Assembly: GCA_964016885.1 (NCBI GenBank)
Contig: OZ024748.1
Location: 44,516,001 to 44,580,000 of the forward strand
Reading direction: 5' to 3'
Source of the DNA: Eledone cirrhosa
Lineage: Eukaryota
Length of the DNA: 64,000 nucleotides
This document shows, piece by piece, positions 50,812 through 62,315 of the stretch. Numbering within the stretch: the first letter of the stretch is position 1; the number at the start of each line of letters is the position of its first letter. The notes under the pieces were generated by a model that saw nothing but the letters and a program-made list of their open reading frames with translations, made no database searches and had not been told where the DNA came from. The position numbers and the translations under genes were made by a program.

Positions 50812-52548
50812 ATGGACGGAATTTTCACATCTCATCCTAACGTGAAAGCCACGCCCCCTAAGAAAGGTGATACAGAGAAGCTAGAAGCACAAGGCTCTAA
50901 GTCTTCCCTCCTCACTTCTGCAAAAGAAACATGGAACACGGAATTAAAAGAAAAATTTGTAGAAATGGGTGAAAACCCAGAAAGTCACATAAACGCAGAC
51001 AAAAACATCAACGACAATAACAGCAATAGTCACAACACCAACCAAGGAAAAAATAACGATAACACCAAACAAAGTGAACCCACTACTGGTACCTCCTTTG
51101 CACAGGCGGTCCGGAAAACACAAACCTGCAAGCAACTGGACATTACAACTCTGAGAGAAAAGATGAAGGAAGCGAAACAGTATGTAACTTTCAAAGAAGG
51201 AGGAGACTTCACAATCACCTCCCCACAAGAAATCAAAAGAGACACGACGCTAAGAACGATATCTTTCAGAACAATTTCCAACATAACAAGGAAACCAACT
51301 CAATTATCCCAAAAAGAGATTGAGCTGGTCCTAAAAAATGTGTGGAGTGATATATCGTTCATACAAAAAGGGCCACTCTATGGGAATATAACGGTCCTAA
51401 TGAAGGATCAATTGACGGCCAGGAAATACTCTGTGGCACCAATTGTTTCCAAGATATATACATTTTTCCCCACATATTTAGGGAAAAGAACGCAGAAGAT
51501 AAGGGTCTCCGGAATCCGGCCAAATGCATGCATTTCCTGGGTACTAACAGGATTTTTAGAAGACGAGGACGGAATCCTCTCAGTAGGAGAAGTCACCACA
51601 GACGTTTTCGGCGGTTTGAGCGTGGAGGTTCTGGTCCAAATGAGACCAGAACGAATCGCTAGAATACCACAGAGGGTGTCCCTCGATGGAGAAACATTTA
51701 TATATATTTCAGCCGAGGGTAGGAGGCCCATATGTTACTACTGTTCAAGCAGGGGTCATCTAAGGGCTGCTTGTCCTCAATTGACAAAAAAAAAGGCTCT
51801 TTTGCCTACACCCCACACACCACCACCGCCACCACCACCACCACCTCCACCACCACCACCACAACAACAACAAAAACAACAGGGAAAAATAACACAAGAC
51901 ACGGCCCCACCCAAAACAACTCCCAAAACACACACAAATACAACAAAACCCCAAAATACACCACTACCCGACAGCACGGACGAGGACCCAGCGGAAACGG
52001 CACCTAGTGACGAAGAGGGGGAACCCTTCCAACCTGTAAAAAGGAAAAAAAGAAAGCACCACTCGAACATAAACGAAACAAACACACAACCACCAACAAA
52101 AACAAAACAAACAGAACAAACAAAATCCGCCCCACCCCAAAACATAACACATACAACAAAACGTAAGCACACACAAGAACAACAAACAAACACAACACAA
52201 ATAAAACAGTATACATACATTAACACAAATAACAAAGAACTAGTAAAAACAATACACAAAGACCCTTTGGTGGAAACTGAAGGGCAATTCTTTGCAAGCG
52301 CGGCCAACAAACCGCATTTAAAAATGATAAGACTCCCAATGGACACCTATGCAAAACTAAGAGAGAACTTTCCTGAGGACGTGGGGAAAACATGTACTCG
52401 ACCCTATAACCGCGTCCTCTTGAAACGTTTCCCCACCCACACCTCACCAAACACCCCCACTCCACCACAGAACAACACCCCACCAAACAACCCCTCCAAT
52501 ACGCCCATGGATATTGTGCAACCTGCTCCTCAGGAGCCGAACAGGTAG
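50812..52548 (+). CDS. Tx1-like ORF1p (578 aa from first ATG): CCHC zinc knuckle, Pro/Thr/Lys-rich tail
   Basis: SFAQAVR motif, CYYCSSRGHLRAAC (CX2CX4HX4C), poly-Pro, and basic FQPVKRKKRK. Confidence 0.9.
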   Translation: MDGIFTSHPNVKATPPKKGDTEKLEAQGSKSSLLTSAKETWNTELKEKFVEMGENPESHINADKNINDNNSNSHNTNQGKNNDNTKQSEPTTGTSFAQAVRKTQTCKQLDITTLREKMKEAKQYVTFKEGGDFTITSPQEIKRDTTLRTISFRTISNITRKPTQLSQKEIELVLKNVWSDISFIQKGPLYGNITVLMKDQLTARKYSVAPIVSKIYTFFPTYLGKRTQKIRVSGIRPNACISWVLTGFLEDEDGILSVGEVTTDVFGGLSVEVLVQMRPERIARIPQRVSLDGETFIYISAEGRRPICYYCSSRGHLRAACPQLTKKKALLPTPHTPPPPPPPPPPPPPPQQQQKQQGKITQDTAPPKTTPKTHTNTTKPQNTPLPDSTDEDPAETAPSDEEGEPFQPVKRKKRKHHSNINETNTQPPTKTKQTEQTKSAPPQNITHTTKRKHTQEQQTNTTQIKQYTYINTNNKELVKTIHKDPLVETEGQFFASAANKPHLKMIRLPMDTYAKLRENFPEDVGKTCTRPYNRVLLKRFPTHTSPNTPTPPQNNTPPNNPSNTPMDIVQPAPQEPNR

Positions 52549-52569
52549 GTCCTTCCTCTTTTAACCAAC

Positions 52570-55500
52570 ATGGCTGATATAAGAGTTGGGTTTCTGAATG
52601 TACGTGGCCTGGGACTGTCTTGGAAACAAGGCAAACTTTTAAACGATCTCAGGTCACATAGAATGGATGTAATGGCTATTTGCGAGTCCAGGATCAGCAG
52701 CGAGCACCAACTGGCGCCCCTCTTCGACGACTTTGAGATCTTCGCATCTCTCTGTCAACCGGGGGGTGGGGGTGGAGTTGTCGTTCTGCTGCGAAAACAC
52801 CTGGGCCTCGCCATACAGAAGGTGCACCTGGACCCGGAGGGTCGACTGGTGGTTTTAGACGTCGGCAGTAGTGAAAGTGGAGCCCTTAGACTAATAGCTG
52901 TGTACGCCCCTTTTTGGGCAGCGCGGCCGGAATACTTCCAACGTCTGGAAACTTTTCTGGGAACGTCCCGCTCCTTGCTTTTAGTGGGGGACTGGAATGG
53001 TATCCTGGATGCACGTTGGGACTATGTAGGGGCATGTGCCAATAGAGGGGGGTGTAAAAGCCTCAAAAGGTTAATCGGCCGATTTGACCTGGCCGATAGA
53101 TATCGACTAGATTTTCCGACTGTACCACTATGGACGTGGACCAATCGCAGTGGAACATCTAGGTCGTACCTAGATAGGGTCCTAGTTAGAGAGAACAATA
53201 GGGACACATTTAGCTGTCCAAAAATGTTCATGGTTGACTATTCGGATCACAAGTTAGTGACCTGCATAGCCAACCTTGATAGAACCCATAGACAGGGACC
53301 CGGTTACTGGAAGCTGAACTTGTCCTTACCGAGAAGCAAAGCTTACAGTAAACGGATTAGCACGTTAGTTAAGCAGAATTTGACAGGGGCAATTGTCAAC
53401 AACAGGTGGTGGAGCTCTCTTAAGAGAGCAATTAGAATAGAATCGATAGGTTTTAGTCAGGAATTAGCAAGGGATAGGAACAAGACGGAAAGGGAATTAG
53501 TAGATAGAGTAGAAGAGGCGATTAGGAGTGGCAATGTAGCCGGCGTGCTGGCATCAAGAATGGCCTTAGACCAGTTCTTTGAGGTGAAGCATGAAGGCTG
53601 CGTTGTCAGGAGTAAAATACGTGCTCTGGGTAATGAGGGAGCCAAAGCTGTAAGCTGGGCCCGAGTGACAGAGGCAAAAAGTGGGAACAAGTCCACGATT
53701 CGGTCTTTGAAGGACCAGGATGGGCGTGTGATCCTTGAACCTGGGCAGATGTGTGCGGCCTTTCAGCGGCACTTTGCACGACTGTTCGAGAGGGGCGGCG
53801 CGCCGGGTGAGACTATGGATTTCAATCCATACCTCGACGGTCTGCCGCGCCTCTCGGACGCGGAGGCGAAGTCCTGCGAAAGGACGATTTCAGCTGCTGA
53901 GATAGGGGCGGCGCTGAGCCAATGCGGCAAACGCAAATCCCCGGGTCTCGATGGTCTACCATACGAGCTATATGTAGCGATGCCGGACTTGTTCTCCGAT
54001 ATCCTCGAAGCGGTCTACTGCAACTGGCAGCAGAACGGGAGAATTCCCAGTTCTGTGACCAAGGGCGTAGTTACGCTGGTGAGGAAGGATGAGAACAAGG
54101 GGGATGACATAAGTAACTTCAGGCCCATAACTCTGCTAAATACAGAGTTAAAGATTTTGGCCAAGGTGTTAGCGAAGAGGTTGGCGCTTGTCGTTGGAAA
54201 CCTGGTGGGAGAAGCGCAGACATGCGCAATCCCGTCCAGGTCCATTCACGACAATCTCCACCTTATGCGATACATCATAGAGAGGGTAGGGAATGAACCC
54301 GGCTTTGGTGGGGCCCTGATCAACTTGGATCAATCTAAAGCTTTCGATAGGGTTGACCATCGTTACCTGGATGCGGTGCTCGCGGCGGCAGGCTTCGGAC
54401 CCGTTTTCAGGGGTTGGATTGCTGCGATGCACAGCAGCAACGTCTGCTCAAGGGTCAAGGTGAACGGCCACCTCTCGGAGCCGTTCCAAATCATGCGATC
54501 CATCCGACAGGGATGCCCTCTCTCCTCCCTACTGTATGTGCTGGCTCTTGAGCCACTACTGCGGAAGTTGGAGCGGTTGCAGGGCATCCCTTTGGAACCG
54601 GGATTGCAGAAAGCGGCGTCGGCCTACGCCGATGACGTGACAGTAATGGTGTCGAAAACCTCGCAAATCGGTGAGATCGGCACCTTACTGGAGGAATATG
54701 AAAGGTTTACAGGAGCCAAGCTGAACCGGGACAAGTCCGTCGGTTTGCAACTCGGAACATGGAGAGGCAAACCGATGCCCTCCAACGACGTCGTCGGACG
54801 CTGGACGGAGGGCCCGGTGAAGCTGCTTGGGGTCTGGTTCGGACCAGACCTCCAGGTGGAGAAAAACTGGAACGAGGTAACGGCCAGGGTGTTTGCACTC
54901 ACCCAGAAGTGGGCCCAGTGCAAACTATCCCTGAAAGGTCGAGCGGAGGTGGCGAATACTTATATAGCATCCGTCATCTACTACCGCTTGACCGTCGTGC
55001 CTTGCCCAGTGAAAAGACTCGCCAAAATGGAGTGCGCGCTGTTCCAATTTCTTTGGAACAAGCGGACCCCTTTGGTGAGGAGATCCATCTGCTGTCAACA
55101 CCCTTCGAAAGGAGGGCTGGGGATGCCGTGGCTACAGATGCGTAAACACGCATTAAGGCTACGGCACCTCCAGGTATTCCTCACCGGTCAACCGGTGTGG
55201 GCCCCGTTTGTGAGGCGAGCCTTTCCCAGACTCGTCTCGCTCACCGAGCTGCAATCCTGGGTCAAGCAAAGACCGAGAAAAGTGGGCGACTGGCACATTG
55301 AATGTGCCCAGGCGCTCACGGCCCTCTGGAAAGCGGACCCGGCAATCAGTGGAGACTCCACCTCGACATTCTATAGAGGGTTGGTACGCAGCAGGTGCGA
55401 CGATGCTCTCGGAGAAGCTCTAGGCATGGAGGAAGATGAACTGGCCAGTCTGTTCGGTAGGACGTTTGGCCCTGGACCGATGGACAACTTCCAAAAGTCC

Positions 55501-56007
55501 CTGGCTTGGCAGTGCTACCGAGGGGCTCTACCCGTTCGAGACAAGCTCCACAGGCATGGGAGCCTGGGTAGAGATCCTTTGAATAAGATCTGTCCGAGAT
55601 GCGTGCATGATGACGAAACCGTTGCGCACGCATTCGTACACTGCCCAGGCATTGCTGACCTGTGGGGCTATGTGGAACGACTACTGTCGAGGGTGGGACC
55701 AATCCGGTTGACCACCGAGTCCATTGTCACGATCAAACCGCCTCCCCCTTTCAAAAACGAAGGAGAGGCGGTTTTTCTCTGTGTGGTAGCCATGGCTAAA
55801 GAAGTTGTATGGTGGACGAGGCTGAAAGGGCTGAGGTCAGACACCTTTCTCTCCGGCCAACAACTGGTCCCCTTTTTCAAATACCATTTTAAAAGAAGGA
55901 TCAGAATGGAGAGAGAGGTGCTCTACCCCAGCAAGTTTTATGAAAGGTGGGTGAAAGTAGGGAGAATGGCCAGAGTGAATGGGTCTTCTCTCTATATCAG
56001 CCTGTAG
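52570..56007 (+). CDS. Tx1-like ORF2p (1145 aa): APE endonuclease, reverse transcriptase, C-terminal CCHC zinc finger
   Basis: LNVRGL, VYAP, GDWN, YLDR, SDH (APE). GPGYWKLN. SPGLDGLPYE, FRPITLLN, DQSKAFDRVDH, IRQGCPLS, YADD (RT). KGGLGMP. CPRCVHDDETVAHAFVHC. Confidence 0.97.
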   Translation: MADIRVGFLNVRGLGLSWKQGKLLNDLRSHRMDVMAICESRISSEHQLAPLFDDFEIFASLCQPGGGGGVVVLLRKHLGLAIQKVHLDPEGRLVVLDVGSSESGALRLIAVYAPFWAARPEYFQRLETFLGTSRSLLLVGDWNGILDARWDYVGACANRGGCKSLKRLIGRFDLADRYRLDFPTVPLWTWTNRSGTSRSYLDRVLVRENNRDTFSCPKMFMVDYSDHKLVTCIANLDRTHRQGPGYWKLNLSLPRSKAYSKRISTLVKQNLTGAIVNNRWWSSLKRAIRIESIGFSQELARDRNKTERELVDRVEEAIRSGNVAGVLASRMALDQFFEVKHEGCVVRSKIRALGNEGAKAVSWARVTEAKSGNKSTIRSLKDQDGRVILEPGQMCAAFQRHFARLFERGGAPGETMDFNPYLDGLPRLSDAEAKSCERTISAAEIGAALSQCGKRKSPGLDGLPYELYVAMPDLFSDILEAVYCNWQQNGRIPSSVTKGVVTLVRKDENKGDDISNFRPITLLNTELKILAKVLAKRLALVVGNLVGEAQTCAIPSRSIHDNLHLMRYIIERVGNEPGFGGALINLDQSKAFDRVDHRYLDAVLAAAGFGPVFRGWIAAMHSSNVCSRVKVNGHLSEPFQIMRSIRQGCPLSSLLYVLALEPLLRKLERLQGIPLEPGLQKAASAYADDVTVMVSKTSQIGEIGTLLEEYERFTGAKLNRDKSVGLQLGTWRGKPMPSNDVVGRWTEGPVKLLGVWFGPDLQVEKNWNEVTARVFALTQKWAQCKLSLKGRAEVANTYIASVIYYRLTVVPCPVKRLAKMECALFQFLWNKRTPLVRRSICCQHPSKGGLGMPWLQMRKHALRLRHLQVFLTGQPVWAPFVRRAFPRLVSLTELQSWVKQRPRKVGDWHIECAQALTALWKADPAISGDSTSTFYRGLVRSRCDDALGEALGMEEDELASLFGRTFGPGPMDNFQKSLAWQCYRGALPVRDKLHRHGSLGRDPLNKICPRCVHDDETVAHAFVHCPGIADLWGYVERLLSRVGPIRLTTESIVTIKPPPPFKNEGEAVFLCVVAMAKEVVWWTRLKGLRSDTFLSGQQLVPFFKYHFKRRIRMEREVLYPSKFYERWVKVGRMARVNGSSLYISL

Positions 56008-56663
56008 GTGAAAGAAGAGGAAAAAGCGGAGACGAGGGAAGCACCTACTCTTTGTGCTCCTGAGGAGAAGGGTTACACATTTTTTCCGGGGTGTGTGCGA
56101 CCCATGTTAATGCCCCCTCCCTATTGAGGACTTCGTTTGTTGTTGTTATTTCATTGTTATATTTTTGTACTCGTTAATTATATGTAAACTTCCCCCCTTG
56201 TATCTGTCCCTACCTTTTGTGCCCTAGTGGCAAATAAAGAAACCACTCTATATATACTATTATATTTTCACAGTAAAGGCTTTACCTCACATAATATCTC
56301 ACATAACATTTACATTACTTTATATATACTATTATATTTTCACAGTAAAGGCTTTACCTCACATAATATCGAATCTATGGGATTTTGATATTATTTATTT
56401 TGAGAACAATACCTTATCATTGGAAAGAGGTGAGAGAATTCTCGCTGGATACGGCTGGTTTAAATGATAAAGGGAATGGTTCCACAAAACATTTCAGGGA
56501 TTCTGTGAAATAAGGTGCTTTAATAAAATCCAAGAAATGCAGGGTTTGAGCCCTTGCAAGTCCCTCTAGTCATTTTTTCCATATCAAGGGGTGCTTAATG
56601 ATTCCAGCTTAGCAATTGGAACACCAGCCACTGTTTTGCTACAGTTTTTTCACCCTTGCTTCC

Positions 56664-56717
<54 letters not shown>

Positions 56718-57283
56718 GACGGACGGAAATTACTCAAATTTATTTAAATCAATTGTATAAAGTTGCAAAGCAGTGATTTGTCAGAGTCGTTAGAACGTCA
56801 GATAGAAAGCTTTGTGGTATTCATTTCAACCTTCTGCTCTCTGAGTTCAAATCCTGTCGCAGTTAACTTTGCCTTTCATCCATTCGAGATCGATAAAAAA
56901 GCCTTTTGCTGTCCCCTCAGTCCAACCCCTCTGGCTCAAGCTGGGAATGGAAGCCTATGCCATCCAGGCCATACTTTATGATCTCGTTGCGAGCAGCATG
57001 GCGTGGGGGTTGGCCAGCACTGTTACAGTACAGCAGTGGGTGGAGACCGACAGGATCCACAGTGGTACTGCAGTGGCATTTGTGAGGTTCACAGAGGCAG
57101 AGGCCAAGCCTCAGCGAAACATTGATGAACAACTGTTTTGAAACTCACATGAGGGGTCAGGAATCTTGGGGAAAATTTCTGAAGGGTTTTGTGAATATAA
57201 AATATGTTTGGGAACCAATGGTACATACAAACATCCCTTATAGCATTCTCTCCCCCATTGTCTAATTATTCTCTCCCCACTCC

Positions 57284-57362
<79 letters not shown>

Positions 57363-57423
57363 ATAATAATAAATTTGAAGACTAAAACCCAAAGAGGGCT
57401 CGATAAGGATAAATATATATCAA

Positions 57424-57577
57424 ATATATATTTATTAAAATAACAGATTAAAGTTTAAGCAAAGAATCGCTGCTTTCACCCTTAACAGGATCTTCTGAAA
57501 CTTCAGAAGATCCCGTTAAGGGGGAAAGCAGCGATTCTTTGCTTAAACTTTAATCTGTTATTTTAATAAATATATAT
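57424..57577. repeat. Near-perfect palindrome: 76-bp arms, 2-bp spacer, two mismatches
   Basis: ...gctttcacccttaacaggatcttctgaa-ac-ttcagaagatcccgttaagggggaaagc... Confidence 0.92.
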
Positions 57578-57586
57578 ATATATAGC

Positions 57587-58041
<455 letters not shown>

Positions 58042-58404
58042 TATATAGGAAAAGGGTCAGGCTTCTGACGGTTGAGCTCCGGTCGTTTCGCCAGCTAAAA
58101 CCGTACAGTTTGGATCTAGCTGTCGAAACAGCAATGGTGGTGGAGGGTGGATGAGGGGGGGGGGTAGGGCAATGGCAGTGGTGGTGGCGGGGCGTGATGA
58201 TGTGGTGGTGGCGTCGGCAGTGGGGGGTGGGGGGGATTAGCTTTTGAAGAATTTTGTGCCAAAATAATTCCCTGTTAGAATCAAAACAAGGAAGAGGAAG
58301 AAAAAGAAGGAAAAGAAGGAGAAGAAAGAGAAGTTATTTAATTGTAATAACGTAAGGTGGAAGACTTATCTTAGCAGGAAGCAGTGATAGATGTGTTATA
58401 TAAC

Positions 58405-59730
58405 AGGTGGTGGTGGTGGTGGTGGTGGTGGTGGTGGTGGTGGTGGTGGTTGTGGTGGTGGTGGGTTGTAGTGGTGGTGGTGGTGGTGGGTTGTAGTGGT
58501 GGTGGTTGTGGTGGTGGTGGTGGTGGTGGTGGTGGTGGTGGTGGTGGTGGTTGTAGTGGTGGTGGTGGTGGGTTGTAGTGGTGGTGGTGGTGGGTTGTAG
58601 TGGTGGTGGTGGTGGTGGTGGTTGTGGTGGTGGTTGTGGTGGTGGTGGTGGTGGTGGTGGTGGTGGTTGTGGTGGTGGTGGTGGTGGTTGTGGTGGCGGT
58701 GGTGGTGGTAGTGGTGGTGGTGGTAGTGGTGGTGGTGGTGGTGGTGGTGGTGGTGGTGGTGGTGGTAGTGGTGGTGGTGGTGGTGGTGGTGGTGGTGGTG
58801 GTGGGTTGTGGTAGTGGTGGTTGTGGTGGTTGTGGTGGTGGTGGTGGTGGTGCTGGTGGTGGTAGTGGTGGTGGTGGTGGTGGTGGTGATGGTGTTGGTT
58901 GTGGTGGTGGTAGTGGTGGTGGTGGTGGTAGTGGTGGTGGTGGTGGTGGTGGTGGTGGTGGTGGTGATGGTGGTGGTTGTAGTGGTTGTGGTGGTTGTGG
59001 TGGTGGTGGTGGTGGTGGTGATTGTAGTGGTGGTGGTGGTTGTAGTGGTGGTGGTGGTGGTGGTTGTGGTGGTTGTGGTGGTGGTGGTGGTTGTGGTGGT
59101 GATGGTGGTTGTGGTGGTTGTAGTGGTTGTGGTGGTGGTGGTTGTGGTGGTGGTGGTGGTGGTGGTTATGGTGGTGGTAGTTGTAGTGGTGGTGGTTGTA
59201 GTGGTGGTGGTGGTGGTGGTTGTGGTGGTGGTGGGTTGTAGTGGTTGTGGTGGTGGTGGTTGTGGTGGTGGTAGTGGTTGTAGTGGTGGTGGTCGTGGTG
59301 GTGGTTGTGGTGGTAGTTGTAGTAGTGGTGGTCGTGGTAGTTGTAGTGGTGGTGGTTGTGGTGGTTGTAGTGGTGGTGGTTGTAGTGGTTGTAGTAGTAG
59401 TAGTTGTAGTGGTGGTTGTGGTAGTAGTAGCAGTGGTGGTTGTAGTGGTGGTGGTGGTGGTTGTTGTAGTGGTGGTGGTTGTAGTGGTGGTGGTGGTGGT
59501 GGTGGTGGTTGTTGTAGTGGTGGTGGTTGTGATGGTGGTGGTCGTGGTGGTTGTAGTGGTGGTTGTAGTGGTGGTGGTTGTGGTGGTGGTCGTGGTGGTT
59601 GTAGTGGTGGTGGTTGTGGTGGTGGTTTTAGTGGTGGTGGTCGTGGTGGTGGTGGTCGTGGTGGTTGTGGTTGTAGTGGTGGTGGTTGTAGTGGTGGTGG
59701 TTGTAGTTGTAGTGGTAGTTGTGGTGTTAG
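58405..59730. repeat. (GGT)n / (TGT,AGT) compound microsatellite
   Basis: ggtggtggttgtagtggt... runs. Confidence 0.92.
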
Positions 59731-60113
59731 TGATGGTGGTGATGATAGTGATGTGATGATAATAATGGAGATGGTGATGATATATGGTAATAGTGTTGAT
59801 GCTGGCGATGATTATGATGATGGTGACCCAATAGTGCTGTTTGTGATGACAGTGACAATAGTAATGCTGGTGATGACAAAAATGCCAGCAGTATTATCAA
59901 ATGAGACAACAAGTGATGACAGATGACAACACTAAGATCGGTATCACAAGGTAGCAGCCTGGTAATGCTGATGATGATGATAAGAATTGTTTTAAAAGAT
60001 AGAAAACATATGTTTGTATGTGTATCTGGTTGAGAATAGGAACACAGTAGCCCTGGATGTCACATGGGGCAGCTGAAAATTGAATTCTACAGAGATATTT
60101 TCACAGCTTCAAC

Positions 60114-61243
60114 ATATCACATTGGACGAGGGAGTTAGTGTGAAGATATCACTGAAAGAGGGAGTTAGTGGGAAGATATCACATTGAATGAGGGAGTTAG
60201 TGTGAAGATATCACTGAAAGAGGGAGTTAGTGGGAAGATATCACATTGAATGAGGGAGTTAGTGTGAAGATATCACTGAAAGAGGGAGTTAGTGGGAAGA
60301 TATCACATTGAATGAGGGAGTTAGTGTGAAGATATCACTGAAAGAGGGAGTTAGTGGGAAGATATCACATTGAATGAGGGAGTTAGTGTGAAGATATCAC
60401 TGAAAGAGGGAGTTAGTGGGAAGATATCACATTGAATGAGGGAGTTAGTGTGAAGATATCACTGAAAGAGGGAGTTAGTGGGAAGATATCACATTGAATG
60501 AGGGAGTTAGTGTGAAGATATCACTGAAAGAGGGAGTTAGTGGGAAGATATCACATTGAATGAGGGAGTTAGTGTGAAGATATCACTGAAAGAGGGAGTT
60601 AGTGGGAAGATATCACATTGAATGAGGGAGTTAGTGGGAAGATATCACATTGAATGAGGGAGTTAGTGGGAAGATATCACATTGAATGAGGGAGTTAGTG
60701 TGAAGATATCACTGAAAGAGGGAGTTAGTGGGAAGATATCACATTGAATGAGGGAGTTAGTGTGAAGATATCACTGAAAGAGGGAGTTAGTGGGAAGATA
60801 TCACATTGAATGAGGGAGTTAGTGGGAAGATATCACATTGAATGAGGGATTTAGTGTGAAGATATCACATTGGATGAGGGAGTTAGTGTGAAGATATCAC
60901 TGAAAGAGGGAGTTAGTGGGCAGATATCACATTGAATGAGGGAGTTAGTGTGAACATATCACATTGGACGAGGGAGTTAGTGTGAAGATATCACATTGAA
61001 AAAGAGAGTTAGTGTGAAGATATCACATTGGATGAGGGAGTTAGTGTGAAGATATCACTGAAAGAGAGAGTTAGTGTGAAGATATCACATTGGACGAGGG
61101 AGTTAGTGTGAAGATATCACTGAAAGAGGGAGTTAGTGTGAAGATATCACTGAAAGAGGGAGTTAGTGGGAAGATATCACATTGGACGAGGGAGTTAGTG
61201 TGAAGATATCACATTGAAAGAGGGAGTTAGTGGGAAGATATCA
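60114..61243. repeat. 30/32-bp alternating minisatellite (62-bp dimer)
   Basis: gagggagttagtgtgaagatatcactgaaa (30) alternates with gagggagttagtgggaagatatcacattgaat (32). Confidence 0.95.
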
Positions 61244-61403
61244 CACACACACACACACATATATATAGTCCAGAATTAGCCGTTGAAACGGCTTGAGCTC
61301 AGCCGTCGGGGTCCTACTCGTTCCTATTACCCACTCTACTACCCTAAGTATTGAGTACTTTGGTGCGTTATGGTCCATCTAGTTCCTTACCACATTTCTT
61401 TCG

Positions 61404-61438
<35 letters not shown>

Positions 61439-61625
61439 GATATACATTCATACATACACACGCACACATACATTCATACGCACGCACACACACACACACA
61501 CACACCCACATATATTATATTTATATATATATCATGTATTTATATAAACATACATAAATATATAAATACATACATAAACATGCATTTATACATACAGACA
61601 TATCCATATATATATACATATATAT

Positions 61626-61666
<41 letters not shown>

Positions 61667-62091
61667 TATATCCATATATATATACATATACATATATATA
61701 TATATACATATACGCACACATATATTGCACAGACTATGATGTTGAAACATTCATGGTTCTGCCAAATCTTGAAAATATATATTTTTTTCACACCTGAAGA
61801 CTCAGTAATAAATACACACGCATATTACAAAGACACACACACATACACACACATACATATATTACAAAGGCAAACGCACACATTTTACAAAAACACATGC
61901 ACACACACACATATATTACAAAGGCGAACAGATATACATATATTTAAAGGCAAACACACACGCACACACGCACACACACATACATACAGATGCAACTGTA
62001 CTTAACCATCCTCACTACAAAAACAAATAATTATACACACACTAAACAGACTACAAAAATACATATTCACACACATTCACTACAGAGACAA

Positions 62092-62135
<44 letters not shown>

Positions 62136-62315
62136 GTGAACTCACAGACTACATACACATACATTAACACACACACAGGCCAAACATACAGACACGCTAT
62201 GAAATCTATAGTGTTATGATGTTCAAAGAACGATTCTTTGATAATTTTAGAAATGTTTCACCAAAATATTGGAAGAAGCTTTGTATTGGAAAATAAGTCT
62301 GTGGCAAAATAGATT

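Larger units (their letters stand above)
50601..56244 (+). mobile_element. Full-length, intact Tx1-clade (L1 group) non-LTR retrotransposon
   Basis: 5' UTR, two uninterrupted ORFs separated by 21 bp, and a 3' UTR with AATAAA at 56233-56238. Boundaries are set by interruption of the 72-bp repeat. Clade call is from motif style, without a phylogeny. Confidence 0.9.
50253..56474 (+). mobile_element. Third copy of the TTAA-type MITE, its 72-bp array interrupted by the Tx1 LINE
   Basis: 72-bp units at 50261-50600 and 56245-56368. Right subterminal aatctatgggattttgatattatttattttgag...ggctggtttaaatgataaaggg matches the reverse complement of 42603-42745. The left TIR and TTAA sites are eroded. Confidence 0.8.

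Noticed and set aside
57140-57225. Possible 30-bp upstream exon (cag|AAATTTT...CCTCAT|gtgagt, minus)
   Set aside because: The phase-2 frame needed to join exon A contains TGA, and the region looks like a hAT-type terminal fragment (gtttgggaaccaatg).
58060-58135. Hammerhead-like GAAAC...GTC halves (minus strand here; plus strand at 61286-61308)
   Set aside because: There is no intact CUGANGA box or stem I, so these are at most dead remnants.
58384-59926. Gly/Cys-rich ORFs resembling keratin-associated or loricrin-like proteins
   Set aside because: This is (GGT)n microsatellite with frame shifts, no ATG-initiated coherent frame and no splice signals.
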